DNA of 45,844 nt from Myxococcota bacterium (GTDB lineage Bacteria > Myxococcota > XYA12-FULL-58-9 > JALHOP01): positions 1-45,844 of the forward strand of contig JBGGMJ010000203.1 in assembly GCA_041288095.1 (NCBI GenBank), written 5' to 3'. The notes below the pieces were generated by a model. The model was not told the DNA's origin. It worked only from the letters and a program-made list of their open reading frames with translations, and ran no database searches. This document shows positions 27,144 through 34,963 of the stretch, one piece after another; positions within the stretch are counted from its first letter, which is position 1, and each line of letters starts with the position of its first letter. A program made the translations under genes and the position numbers.

Positions 27144-28271
27144 TCATGTCGCGCCTTCGAGGAAAAAGGGGTGGAGAGCTGAGAGGCTAGCGAGGTCATG
27201 CACGTCGCCGGCAAGCTCGGGCAAGAGAATCGTGCGGACCTGGCCCAGGCGCTCGGCGAGCTGCTGGATGGCATCGCGGTCGGCGGCTGCGAGTGCGGCT
27301 TCCTCGCGGAGGGCGCCCACGGCCTGATCCGCGGCCCCTGGAGTGAGCGTCTTGAGGGCCGTGCGAACCGCTTCCAGGGTCTTGGGGCTTTCGACGTCGG
27401 GCGGGACGTTGCGGACGCGATTGACCACCAGGGCACGGACCTTGAGGCCCTCGGCCGCGAGCTCCTCACGGAAGCGGAACATGGCGTCGTGCTGGGCGCG
27501 CTGGGTGCTCGATACCAGGTTGAAGGCAACCTCGTCGGAAGCGAGGAGGTCGCGCACGCGTCGCGAGCGCTCGCGGAAGCCCTCGTACATGCCCTGGAAG
27601 CCGAGGACGAACTCGGCGAGCTCGCGCAGCGTCTCCGCTCCGGCGAGCTTGCCGACGCTCTTGCTGATGAACGAGCTGCCAACGTCGAGGATCTTGAGCG
27701 AGAAGCGGCCCGCCGCCGCGTAGGGCTTCACCAACCACTGCACTGTGTCCTGCTCGAGGAAATCGATGATGCGGCTCGGCGCCTCGAGGAAGTCGACGGC
27801 GTTGCCGGAGGGTGGGGTGTCGAGGACGATGAGGTCGTATTTGCCGCTGGCGTAGACTTCGTGAAGCTTCTCTACCGCGGCGTATTCGTGCGAGCCGACG
27901 AGCACGGTCGAGAAATGCTGATAGATGCGGTTGCCGAGGATGGCGCGCTTCTTCTCGTCGTTCGGGGCGAAGCGCTCCACCAGCTCGTCGAAGGTGCGCT
28001 TCACGTCGGGCATCATGGCCCAGAGGGGCGCCTGGAGCTTCACGCCATAGGGCGCGAGCTGATCTTGCTCGATTTCATGCTCGACGTTGCCGAACGCGGG
28101 GAGGCCCAGGGCGTTGGCGAGACGGCGGGCTGGGTCGATGGTCATGACGAGAGTGCGACGCCCGCTTGCCGCGGCGGCGACCGCCATCGCGGCCGACACG
28201 GTGGTCTTGCCGACGCCGCCGGTGCCGACGTTGACGACGACCTTGCGACCCTCCCAGACCGGCTTGCTCAT
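27144..28271 (-). CDS. ArsA/Get3-family ATPase
   Basis: GTGGVGKTT, TIDPARRLANALG, EYAAVEKL, YDLIVLDTPPS, FLEAP, VVNRV. Confidence 0.9.
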   Translation of the reverse strand: MSKPVWEGRKVVVNVGTGGVGKTTVSAAMAVAAAASGRRTLVMTIDPARRLANALGLPAFGNVEHEIEQDQLAPYGVKLQAPLWAMMPDVKRTFDELVERFAPNDEKKRAILGNRIYQHFSTVLVGSHEYAAVEKLHEVYASGKYDLIVLDTPPSGNAVDFLEAPSRIIDFLEQDTVQWLVKPYAAAGRFSLKILDVGSSFISKSVGKLAGAETLRELAEFVLGFQGMYEGFRERSRRVRDLLASDEVAFNLVSSTQRAQHDAMFRFREELAAEGLKVRALVVNRVRNVPPDVESPKTLEAVRTALKTLTPGAADQAVGALREEAALAAADRDAIQQLAERLGQVRTILLPELAGDVHDLASLSALHPFFLEGAT

Positions 28272-29197
28272 TGGTCGGCCTCGCGGGCGAGCGCCGGCAC
28301 GATGACATCGGCGATGGCCTCCAGGCTCCGGCGCCCGAAATCAGCGGCGACGATACGGGGAATGCTCACCGAGTCACGTAGCATCTTGTGCGGCAGGCGT
28401 TGCAGGTTCTGCTCGCCGCCGATGCGGCGCTGCTCGCGGGCGTGGAGCACGCGGGCGGCGGAGGCGAGACTTGTGTCTGTTATGGCGGACGAATCCAGGA
28501 TCGGCACGATCTCGGGCACCAAAGCGCTGACCCGCTGATTGAGGAACGTCGTGCCGATGCGCATGCCGAGCTCGTCGTCGACGGCGCGCTCGATCTCGAC
28601 CGCCTCGTTCACCGGCATTTCCTCCGGCGTGGTGACGACGTGCACGGTGGTGCGGGCCGTGTCACGCAGGAGCTGATCCATGTTGCGTGCGTTTTCGCGG
28701 AGCGGTCCCGCCGGCACCGTGGCTTGCACGACGCTGGGCGCGCGCAGCATGGCGATGGCGTGCCCCGTCGCCGGTGCGTCGAGCACGATGACGTCGAAGC
28801 GGGGCTGGTCGTCTTCGCGCTCGCGCTCGTGATGCCAGATCTTGCCCAGCATCATCAGCTCGCCCAGGCTCGGTGTCAGCCGCAGGAAGTTCTTCACGAC
28901 ACGGTTTTCGAAGACGGCCTTATAGACGGTCTCGAACTTGAAGGTGAGGAGCACGTATTCGCGCAGCGTGTCGCGGGGGTTCATGTCGACCAGGGCGATG
29001 TTCGGCAACACGGCGGTCAGCTTGCTGCCGGTCGGCTCGACCCCGAGCAGGTGCGCCGCGCGATCGCGTCCATTCACTTCGGCCAGCAACACTCGCTTGC
29101 CACGGCGGGCCTCCGCCAGGGCGAGCGCGGCGGCGACGGTGGTCTTACCAACGCCCCCCTTACCGGTGACGACGCGAAGCCTGGGAGAAAACGCCAT
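28268..29197 (-). CDS. ArsA/Get3-family ATPase
   Basis: VTGKGGVGKTTVAAALA, LGKI, DVIVLDAPATGH, VTTPEEMPVNE; ATGA overlap with its paralogue. Confidence 0.9.
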   Translation of the reverse strand: MAFSPRLRVVTGKGGVGKTTVAAALALAEARRGKRVLLAEVNGRDRAAHLLGVEPTGSKLTAVLPNIALVDMNPRDTLREYVLLTFKFETVYKAVFENRVVKNFLRLTPSLGELMMLGKIWHHEREREDDQPRFDVIVLDAPATGHAIAMLRAPSVVQATVPAGPLRENARNMDQLLRDTARTTVHVVTTPEEMPVNEAVEIERAVDDELGMRIGTTFLNQRVSALVPEIVPILDSSAITDTSLASAARVLHAREQRRIGGEQNLQRLPHKMLRDSVSIPRIVAADFGRRSLEAIADVIVPALAREADQ

Positions 29198-29239
29198 GGC
29201 GGCGCGTTCCGTCGCATGTCGGGGGCGAAGGTGCAACGT

Positions 29240-29268
29240 TTGACGGGGACGACTGGGCGCCGTAGGTT
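29240..29268 (+). promoter_or_regulatory. Sigma70-type promoter, leaderless transcript
   Basis: TTGACG-N17-TAGGTT, 6 nt before ATG 29275, no SD sequence. Confidence 0.6.
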
Positions 29269-29274
29269 CGCGCC

Positions 29275-29469
29275 ATGGCCGCGAACGAATCGATGTTCGA
29301 CACCCTCAAAGAGTGGCTCGTTGCCGGCAACCCCGGCTTGGTGACCAAGGACGATCTCTCGCGCCTCGAGTCGCGCGTCGACGAGCTCCTCGAGCTGATG
29401 GACGAGATCGAAGCGCGCCTGAACGAGCCCGAAGGGGACAAGAGCCTCAACGGCCACGGGGACGAGTAG
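29275..29469 (+). CDS. Small coiled-coil protein (UbiK/BMFP- or phasin-tail-like)
   Basis: LVTKDDLSRLESRVDELLELMDEIEARL; has its own promoter. Confidence 0.65.
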   Translation: MAANESMFDTLKEWLVAGNPGLVTKDDLSRLESRVDELLELMDEIEARLNEPEGDKSLNGHGDE

Positions 29470-29532
29470 CGTCGTTCGATCGTCGGTCGATTGTTGAGCC
29501 GATCTTAGGTCCCTGCGCGACGACCCAGGGAC

Positions 29533-31116
29533 ATGCGCCCGGTTGTGCTCCTCACTGCTTTCGCTTTCCTCGCCGGCTGTGTGGGCGAGATCGGCGAGCT
29601 CTTGGATCGTCCCACGAGCGCGAGCGAGCTCGTTTGTGGGCAGCGCCCCGAGCTCCACCGACTCAGCGGCGTGCAGTACCGCGCGGTCGTCGATACGCTG
29701 CTTGCGGGTTCTAGCGCGGCCGCCACCGCCGAGGTGCCCTTCGCACAGGCTCGCCGCGCTGATTTCTTCAGCACCTGGTCACGCCAAGCGGGCATCGGCG
29801 AATACGAGATCGACGAGGTCTGGAACGCAGCCGACGCGGTAGCCAGGGCATGGGCGAGTGACCCTGGGAATGTCTGCCCTGCCGCCGAACGAAGCGCCTG
29901 CGTTGGGCGCGTCTGGGCCGACGCTCTCCGGACTCTCTGGTCGCGACCCGCGACCGAGCTCGAGCTCGCCGAGGTGAGTCGCGGGCTCGAGGACGCCGAG
30001 ACGGAGCTGACGGCTCAGGAGGCGACCACGGCGCTCATGCGCGGGGCGCTGATGAGCCCTGCGTTCCTGTTCCGCGGCGAGGGCCTGCAGGGGAAGCTCA
30101 CTGGTGATGAAATCGCGGCGGCGCTCGCGTTCACGTTGCTCGACCGCCCACCCGACGATGTTCTCCGCGCCTTCGGCGCGACACAGCCCGATGCCGACGC
30201 CATCCGTGCCGAGGTCAAACGACTCCTTGCCGCGCCGAGCATGGTGCCCGCTCTGCGAGGCTTCGTGCGCGAGTTGTTCCAGTATGGGCGCGCCGTCGAG
30301 ACGCAAAAAGACCTCGCCGCCCACCCTTTTCACCACGCGCGCGAGCTCGTCGACGACAGCGAGCGGGTGATCGAGCGCCTGCTCGACGACCACGCGACCT
30401 CCGGCCTGCTGCGCGCGCTGCTGACCAGCGATCTCGTCTTCGTGCGCGCCTCGACGGCGCAGAGCTGGGCGCTCGCAACGCAAGCCGAAGAAGGCACCTA
30501 TCTGCACGAGCCCAGTCGCGTGGGCTTGCTCACGCACCCGTCGTGGCTCGTCGCCATGAGCCATCCCGAGCAAAACCATTTGGTGCGTCGCGGGCTCTTC
30601 GTGCGCGAGCGCTTGTTGTGCGGCTCGGTGCCTCCCATTCCGGGCGGTGTCGTGCCGCAGATCCCTGATGTCCCCGGCCGGTCGCTACGCGAGCGCATTG
30701 CCGAGCACTCGAGCAACCCCGCGTGCTCGACCTGTCATCACCTCATGGACCCGCTGGCTAGCGGCTTCGAGGCCTGGGACCACCTCGGCCGCCCCCGGAC
30801 CGTCGACAATGGCGCCGCCGTCGACATGACCGGTGAGCTCCTCGGCGCTGGCGACGACAAGGATGGCGCGTATGCGGACGCGCGTGACCTCATGGGACGC
30901 CTCGCCGATTCGGAGGTGGTGAAAGCCTGCTGGGTCACGCAGCTCTATCGCTTCGTCCACGGCCGCGACATCCGCGAAAGCGATCAGTGTGAGCTCGACC
31001 GCCTCGCCGCCCTCTACGACAGCTCGGGCGAGGACACCCTGGCCGTTATCGCGGAGATGTTCGCCTCACCCGAGTACCTGGAGCGCACCACCATCACCAG
31101 CGAGACGAACCGATGA
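29533..31116 (+). CDS. DUF1592/DUF1588/DUF1585-type lipoprotein with CxxCH motif
   Basis: Lipobox FLAGC, HRLS..QY, LMSPAFLFR.E, R.GLLTHPSWL, VRRGLFVRERLLC..VPP.P, CSTCH..MDPL..GFE. Confidence 0.88.
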   Translation: MRPVVLLTAFAFLAGCVGEIGELLDRPTSASELVCGQRPELHRLSGVQYRAVVDTLLAGSSAAATAEVPFAQARRADFFSTWSRQAGIGEYEIDEVWNAADAVARAWASDPGNVCPAAERSACVGRVWADALRTLWSRPATELELAEVSRGLEDAETELTAQEATTALMRGALMSPAFLFRGEGLQGKLTGDEIAAALAFTLLDRPPDDVLRAFGATQPDADAIRAEVKRLLAAPSMVPALRGFVRELFQYGRAVETQKDLAAHPFHHARELVDDSERVIERLLDDHATSGLLRALLTSDLVFVRASTAQSWALATQAEEGTYLHEPSRVGLLTHPSWLVAMSHPEQNHLVRRGLFVRERLLCGSVPPIPGGVVPQIPDVPGRSLRERIAEHSSNPACSTCHHLMDPLASGFEAWDHLGRPRTVDNGAAVDMTGELLGAGDDKDGAYADARDLMGRLADSEVVKACWVTQLYRFVHGRDIRESDQCELDRLAALYDSSGEDTLAVIAEMFASPEYLERTTITSETNR

Positions 31117-32459
31117 GCATGTCACGACGTCGATTCCTTTCGTCGCTCGGCCTCACCGCCGGAGCACGAGTGCTGGCACCGTTCGTCACGCAGCTCGCGT
31201 CCACGGTTTGGGGCGCCGAGCCGATGGCGGCGAAAAATCTCGTGCTGCTGTCGTTCGGCGGAGGGCTTCCCGACAAGCAGCTCGGTTGGGACTCGCGGCC
31301 GCCGTCCGACGTAAACCCCATGAGGAGCTTCATCGAGACCTCGGAGTGGTCGTACCACGAAGCGCTCGCTCCACTTGCGCCATGGCGCGACCAAACAGCG
31401 ATCTTGCGTAACCTCTCCCTGAACCTCGTGGACTACCAGCACAGCGGTGGCTACGGCCTGCTCGGTTGCGGCGGATACGGCGACAGCGAGCGCACGGAGG
31501 GTCACGCTCCCGTCGGCATCACCTTCGATCAACTCGTGGCCGAGCGCGTCGGTGCGCAGACTCCTGTGCGCTCTCTACTCTTCGGCATCGACGCCGACGT
31601 GAACCGAGCGACGAACGAGATGCTGTTCGCGCGTGCGGCTGACCAGCCCATTTCATATCCGGTGCAAGCCGCTCGCTTGTTCGACATGCTCTTTGCCGAC
31701 GCGAGCGTCTCCCAACAAGCCATCGATCGCCGCGTGCTCGCGCGCGTGAACGCGGATGTGAACAGCCTGCGTCAGCGGCTCGCGGCGAGCGAACGAGCCC
31801 AGCTCGACAGCTATCTCGCGAGTCTCGATGCCTTCGACCGGCGCCGGAGCAGCACTCAGTGTCTCGCGCCCGGGGCTCCGACGGGTGAGCGCGGCGCCGT
31901 CAAAGAGTTTCCGGTGATGCTGGACATGGCGGCCACCGCGCTGCGCTGCGGCCTCACGCGTGTCGTCGGTGGCGTCGTCGGCGGCGGCAACACCCACTAC
32001 CACTTTCCGGCGCTCATCGGTCCGCACATCGGCACCGAGCTCGAAGCCCAGGGCTACGTTGGAGAGCACGGGCATGATGGGCCCGAGCTCTACGACTCCG
32101 CGCGTACCATCGGTTGGAAATGGTTCTCCTCGGAGGTCGCGCGCTTCCTCGAGCTCCTCGGCCCGACGCTCGACGACACCGTGGTGGTCGTCTTCTCCGA
32201 CGGCGCCCACGCCCATCACAATCTCGAGAACTCGAACTGGCGTTTCGTCGTCATCGCCGGACGCAACGTGCCCATCCGTACGGGCGGCCGCATGCTGAGC
32301 TTCGGCTGGGACGTCGGCTGGGAGCCGCTCAATCCGGACTCGCGCGCCGTAGCGAGCCTTTGGGTGACCATCGCGCGCGCGCTGGGCGTTTCGATCGACA
32401 CCTTTGGGAGTGAGCTCGGCGGAGCCCGGACCAATGGTCCGCTTCGCGAGCTTACCTAG
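31113..32459 (+). CDS. DUF1552 family protein (Tat-like signal)
   Basis: SRRRFL, LAPLAP, ITFDQLVA, ERAQLDSYL.SL, ALRCGLTRV, LDDTVVV..SD; usual partner of DUF1592 proteins, ATGA overlap. Confidence 0.88.
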   Translation: MSMSRRRFLSSLGLTAGARVLAPFVTQLASTVWGAEPMAAKNLVLLSFGGGLPDKQLGWDSRPPSDVNPMRSFIETSEWSYHEALAPLAPWRDQTAILRNLSLNLVDYQHSGGYGLLGCGGYGDSERTEGHAPVGITFDQLVAERVGAQTPVRSLLFGIDADVNRATNEMLFARAADQPISYPVQAARLFDMLFADASVSQQAIDRRVLARVNADVNSLRQRLAASERAQLDSYLASLDAFDRRRSSTQCLAPGAPTGERGAVKEFPVMLDMAATALRCGLTRVVGGVVGGGNTHYHFPALIGPHIGTELEAQGYVGEHGHDGPELYDSARTIGWKWFSSEVARFLELLGPTLDDTVVVVFSDGAHAHHNLENSNWRFVVIAGRNVPIRTGGRMLSFGWDVGWEPLNPDSRAVASLWVTIARALGVSIDTFGSELGGARTNGPLRELT

Positions 32460-32481
32460 TAGCGGCGAGAGCCTGGACTCA

Positions 32482-33180
32482 TCATCCGGGCAGGCGCCGA
32501 TAGACCCCGACGACCAAGCCGATGATTTGCACCTGCTTGAAGTCTTTCTTGTCGACGTAAATGGGTTTCATGCTGGCGTTGGCCGGCTGCAGGCGGATGC
32601 GATCGCCCTCGGGGTAGTAGCGCTTCACGGTCGCTTCGTTCTCGATGATGACGACGACGATCTCGCCGGGGTCGGCGTGGGGGCGCTTGCGCACGAAGAT
32701 GTAGTCGCCGTCGTAGATGCCGTCTTCGATCATCGACTCGCCGACGACCTTGAGCGCGAAGAGCTTCTTGCCATCGCCGACCAGCATCGAATCGACGACC
32801 ACCGAGCCCTCGGCGTTCTCTTCGGCGAGGATCGGCTCGCCCGCGGCGACGCGACCCAAGATGGGGATCTCGACGCTGCGGCCACTGCCGCCCGATGGGA
32901 ACAGCGCGCGCACCACGTTGCTACCGCGCCCATCGCCGCGCTTGTCTTCGGCGGCCTCGTCGTTCACCAGCATGAGGGTGCGCGACTTCATGTCTTGCTG
33001 CTGCAGGTAGCCTTTGCGCTTGAGGGCCTTGAGATGGTCGGCGACGCCGTTGGTCGAGCGGATGCCGAGGTGCTCGCCGATTTCACGGATTGTCGGGGGA
33101 TACCCCCAGGCGCGGATGCGGTCTTGGATGAACTCGTAGACTTCGCGCTGACGATCGGTGAGCTCGGGACGGTCGTTCAT
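32482..33180 (-). CDS. lexA: SOS repressor LexA
   Basis: LTDRQREVYEFI, GYPPTIREIG, HLKAL.RKGY, GRVAAGEP (Ala-Gly cleavage site), GESM (Ser), EATVKR (Lys). Confidence 0.97.
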   Translation of the reverse strand: MNDRPELTDRQREVYEFIQDRIRAWGYPPTIREIGEHLGIRSTNGVADHLKALKRKGYLQQQDMKSRTLMLVNDEAAEDKRGDGRGSNVVRALFPSGGSGRSVEIPILGRVAAGEPILAEENAEGSVVVDSMLVGDGKKLFALKVVGESMIEDGIYDGDYIFVRKRPHADPGEIVVVIIENEATVKRYYPEGDRIRLQPANASMKPIYVDKKDFKQVQIIGLVVGVYRRLPG

Positions 33181-33187
33181 ACCGGCG

Positions 33188-33216
33188 ACGTTACTGAACG
33201 CTTGAACACGTGTCAA
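33188..33216 (-). promoter_or_regulatory. Sigma70 promoter of lexA (leaderless) overlapped by candidate LexA half-sites
   Basis: Minus strand TTGACA-N17-TAACGT then 7 nt to ATG 33180; YTGAAC/GTTCAG half-sites at 33194, 33202 and 33219. Confidence 0.75.
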
Positions 33217-33342
33217 ATGTTCAGCAACGGAAAAGACCGCTAACGCGTACGCGCCTTTGGCACCGGCGAGAAGGTTCCTGGTGCTTTCGTTTTCCTGGCT
33301 TCACGGAGGGATCTCGCGCTACGAAGCGAGGACCGACCTCCC

Positions 33343-34050
33343 ATGTATCTTGCCAAGAATCCAAAGCTCATCGAGGCCTTCAAAAAGGGCGATCGCAAGG
33401 CGATGGATGAAATCTACCGGCACTATGCGCCCGGTGTGACCTCGTTCTTGCGCAAGGGCTTCAGCTTCCGCAGCGCTACCGGCAACTTCTACTTCAAGGG
33501 CATTCAAGACCCGAGCGAGCTGAAGTCGGCGGTGCAAGAGGTCTTCCGCCGCGCCTTCGAGGCCAAGGCACGCAACTCGTACAACGGCGCCTACTCGTTC
33601 ACCAACTGGGTGCTCGCCATCTCGCGCAACATGGTGATCAACCAGTTCCGCAACCGCGAGATCGCCTTCAGCGAGTACATCTCGGGCTCCGACGAACGCA
33701 GTCACCTCACCGTCATGGACGACGAGGTCACCGAGGAGTTCACCGGTCTCCTCTACGGGCAGCCCTCTCCATCACAAGACGCCAAGATGGAGACCACCGA
33801 GCTCAAGACGCTCATCGACAAGTTCATGGGCGAGCTCGACGAGCACGACCGCAGCCTCTTGGTGCTGCGCTTCGCCGAGGGTCGCGGCCAGGAAGAGACC
33901 GCGGAAGCGATCGGCAGCACGCGCATGAAGGTCCGCACGGCGGAGTCGCGCCTGCGCGGCCGCCTGCGCGCTTACCTGCGCCACTCCGGCTACATCGACA
34001 ATCTACCTCTCGGTAAGAAGCCCGACGGCGAAGAGGACGAAGAGGGCTAA
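33343..34050 (+). CDS. RNA polymerase sigma-70 factor, ECF-like
   Basis: FKKGDRKAMDEIY, VQEVF.RAF, F.NWVLAISRN..IN (region 2); L...DR.LL.LRFAEG..QEETA..IG.TR..VR (region 4). Confidence 0.88.
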   Translation: MYLAKNPKLIEAFKKGDRKAMDEIYRHYAPGVTSFLRKGFSFRSATGNFYFKGIQDPSELKSAVQEVFRRAFEAKARNSYNGAYSFTNWVLAISRNMVINQFRNREIAFSEYISGSDERSHLTVMDDEVTEEFTGLLYGQPSPSQDAKMETTELKTLIDKFMGELDEHDRSLLVLRFAEGRGQEETAEAIGSTRMKVRTAESRLRGRLRAYLRHSGYIDNLPLGKKPDGEEDEEG

Positions 34051-34114
34051 GCCCGATCGCCTCATTTTCCGCCGCGACATCACCACCCTGCGCCGGCCCG
34101 TCGGGTCCGAATTC

Positions 34115-34142
34115 CACAACCCGGCCTCGCGCGTCCCGATAA
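34115..34142 (+). promoter_or_regulatory. Motif A promoter
   Basis: CACAAC-N14-CCCGATAA upstream of ATG 34219. Confidence 0.6.
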
Positions 34143-34218
34143 CCGACTCCGGTTCGTCTTCCTTCTTACGGGCTCCGTTTGCGTAGGGCTACGCGGCGGA
34201 ATTTGAAGGGCTAACAAG

Positions 34219-34920
34219 ATGCTGTCGATTCAAATGCCCCGGCTTGCCGGCGGCTACTCCGCGGAACCCCAACCCCGGCCGGCACCCGGTCCACGGCCAC
34301 GTCCGCGACCCCAGCCTCGTCCGGAGCCCCGTCCCGACCCGCGCCCCGAGCCAGGTCCCCGTCCGCGTCCCGGCAAAGGTGACGCCGAGCGTGTCGAGCG
34401 CATCGAGCGCGTGACCGCCAAAGCGCACGGTGACATGGAAGCGGCCATGGGCCCGGTGCAGAACATGCGCTGGCAGCTCGAGCTCGGCGTGCACGCCTGG
34501 CGCCGCGGCATCCTCTCGCCGAAGTTCGGCCCCTATCTGCAAAAGCGTATCGATGGTGTCAGCTTGGGCGGACTGCAGTCGGCCGCCGAAGAGGGCGCTT
34601 TTCAGGCGATCAAGGCCTACGAAGGCGCGCTCGGCAACCCGAACGGTGTGGTGTTCCGCGCCGCCGTGGCCGCCATCGACAGCATCGCCGATGGGCGCTG
34701 CGCGCAGAAGAAGCAGGTCGACTTCGTGCAGCAAGGTCTGAACGCGCTGCTCAAGCAGGGACCCTTCCCGGATCCGTGCGGTCAAGCCCCGGTCGAGGAA
34801 GAGCCTGCCCCGCAGCCCCGCGATGGCGGACAGTTCGCCGCGGAGCAACACTTCGAGCAGCAGACCAGCGAGAGCACGTCGCGTCGCACCCATGTGCGCG
34901 GCGAAGAAGTCCGCGAGTAG
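34219..34920 (+). CDS. Hypothetical protein with N-terminal Pro-Arg-Pro repeat
   Basis: MLSIQMPRLAGGYS then EPQPRPAPGPRPRPRPQPRPEPRPDPRPEPGPRPRPG and a helical domain; GAAGGG upstream. Confidence 0.65.
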   Translation: MLSIQMPRLAGGYSAEPQPRPAPGPRPRPRPQPRPEPRPDPRPEPGPRPRPGKGDAERVERIERVTAKAHGDMEAAMGPVQNMRWQLELGVHAWRRGILSPKFGPYLQKRIDGVSLGGLQSAAEEGAFQAIKAYEGALGNPNGVVFRAAVAAIDSIADGRCAQKKQVDFVQQGLNALLKQGPFPDPCGQAPVEEEPAPQPRDGGQFAAEQHFEQQTSESTSRRTHVRGEEVRE

Positions 34921-34932
34921 GAACGGTCCGTG

Positions 34933-34963
34933 CGTTCAGCCGAATCAGATGTTCGGCTGAACG
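34933..34963. terminator. Perfect 12-bp hairpin between convergent genes (possible bidirectional terminator)
   Basis: CGTTCAGCCGAA-N7-TTCGGCTGAACG; the loop contains the stop codon of the 34945..36066 gene; no U-tract. Confidence 0.5.

Noticed and set aside
27144..29197. Arsenic resistance operon
   Set aside because: No arsB/acr3, arsC or arsR, and the ATPases lack the Cys metalloid-binding residues.
29479..29505. GCCGATCT upstream of the DUF1592 gene as a motif A site
   Set aside because: No CRCAAC-like -35 element at the required distance.
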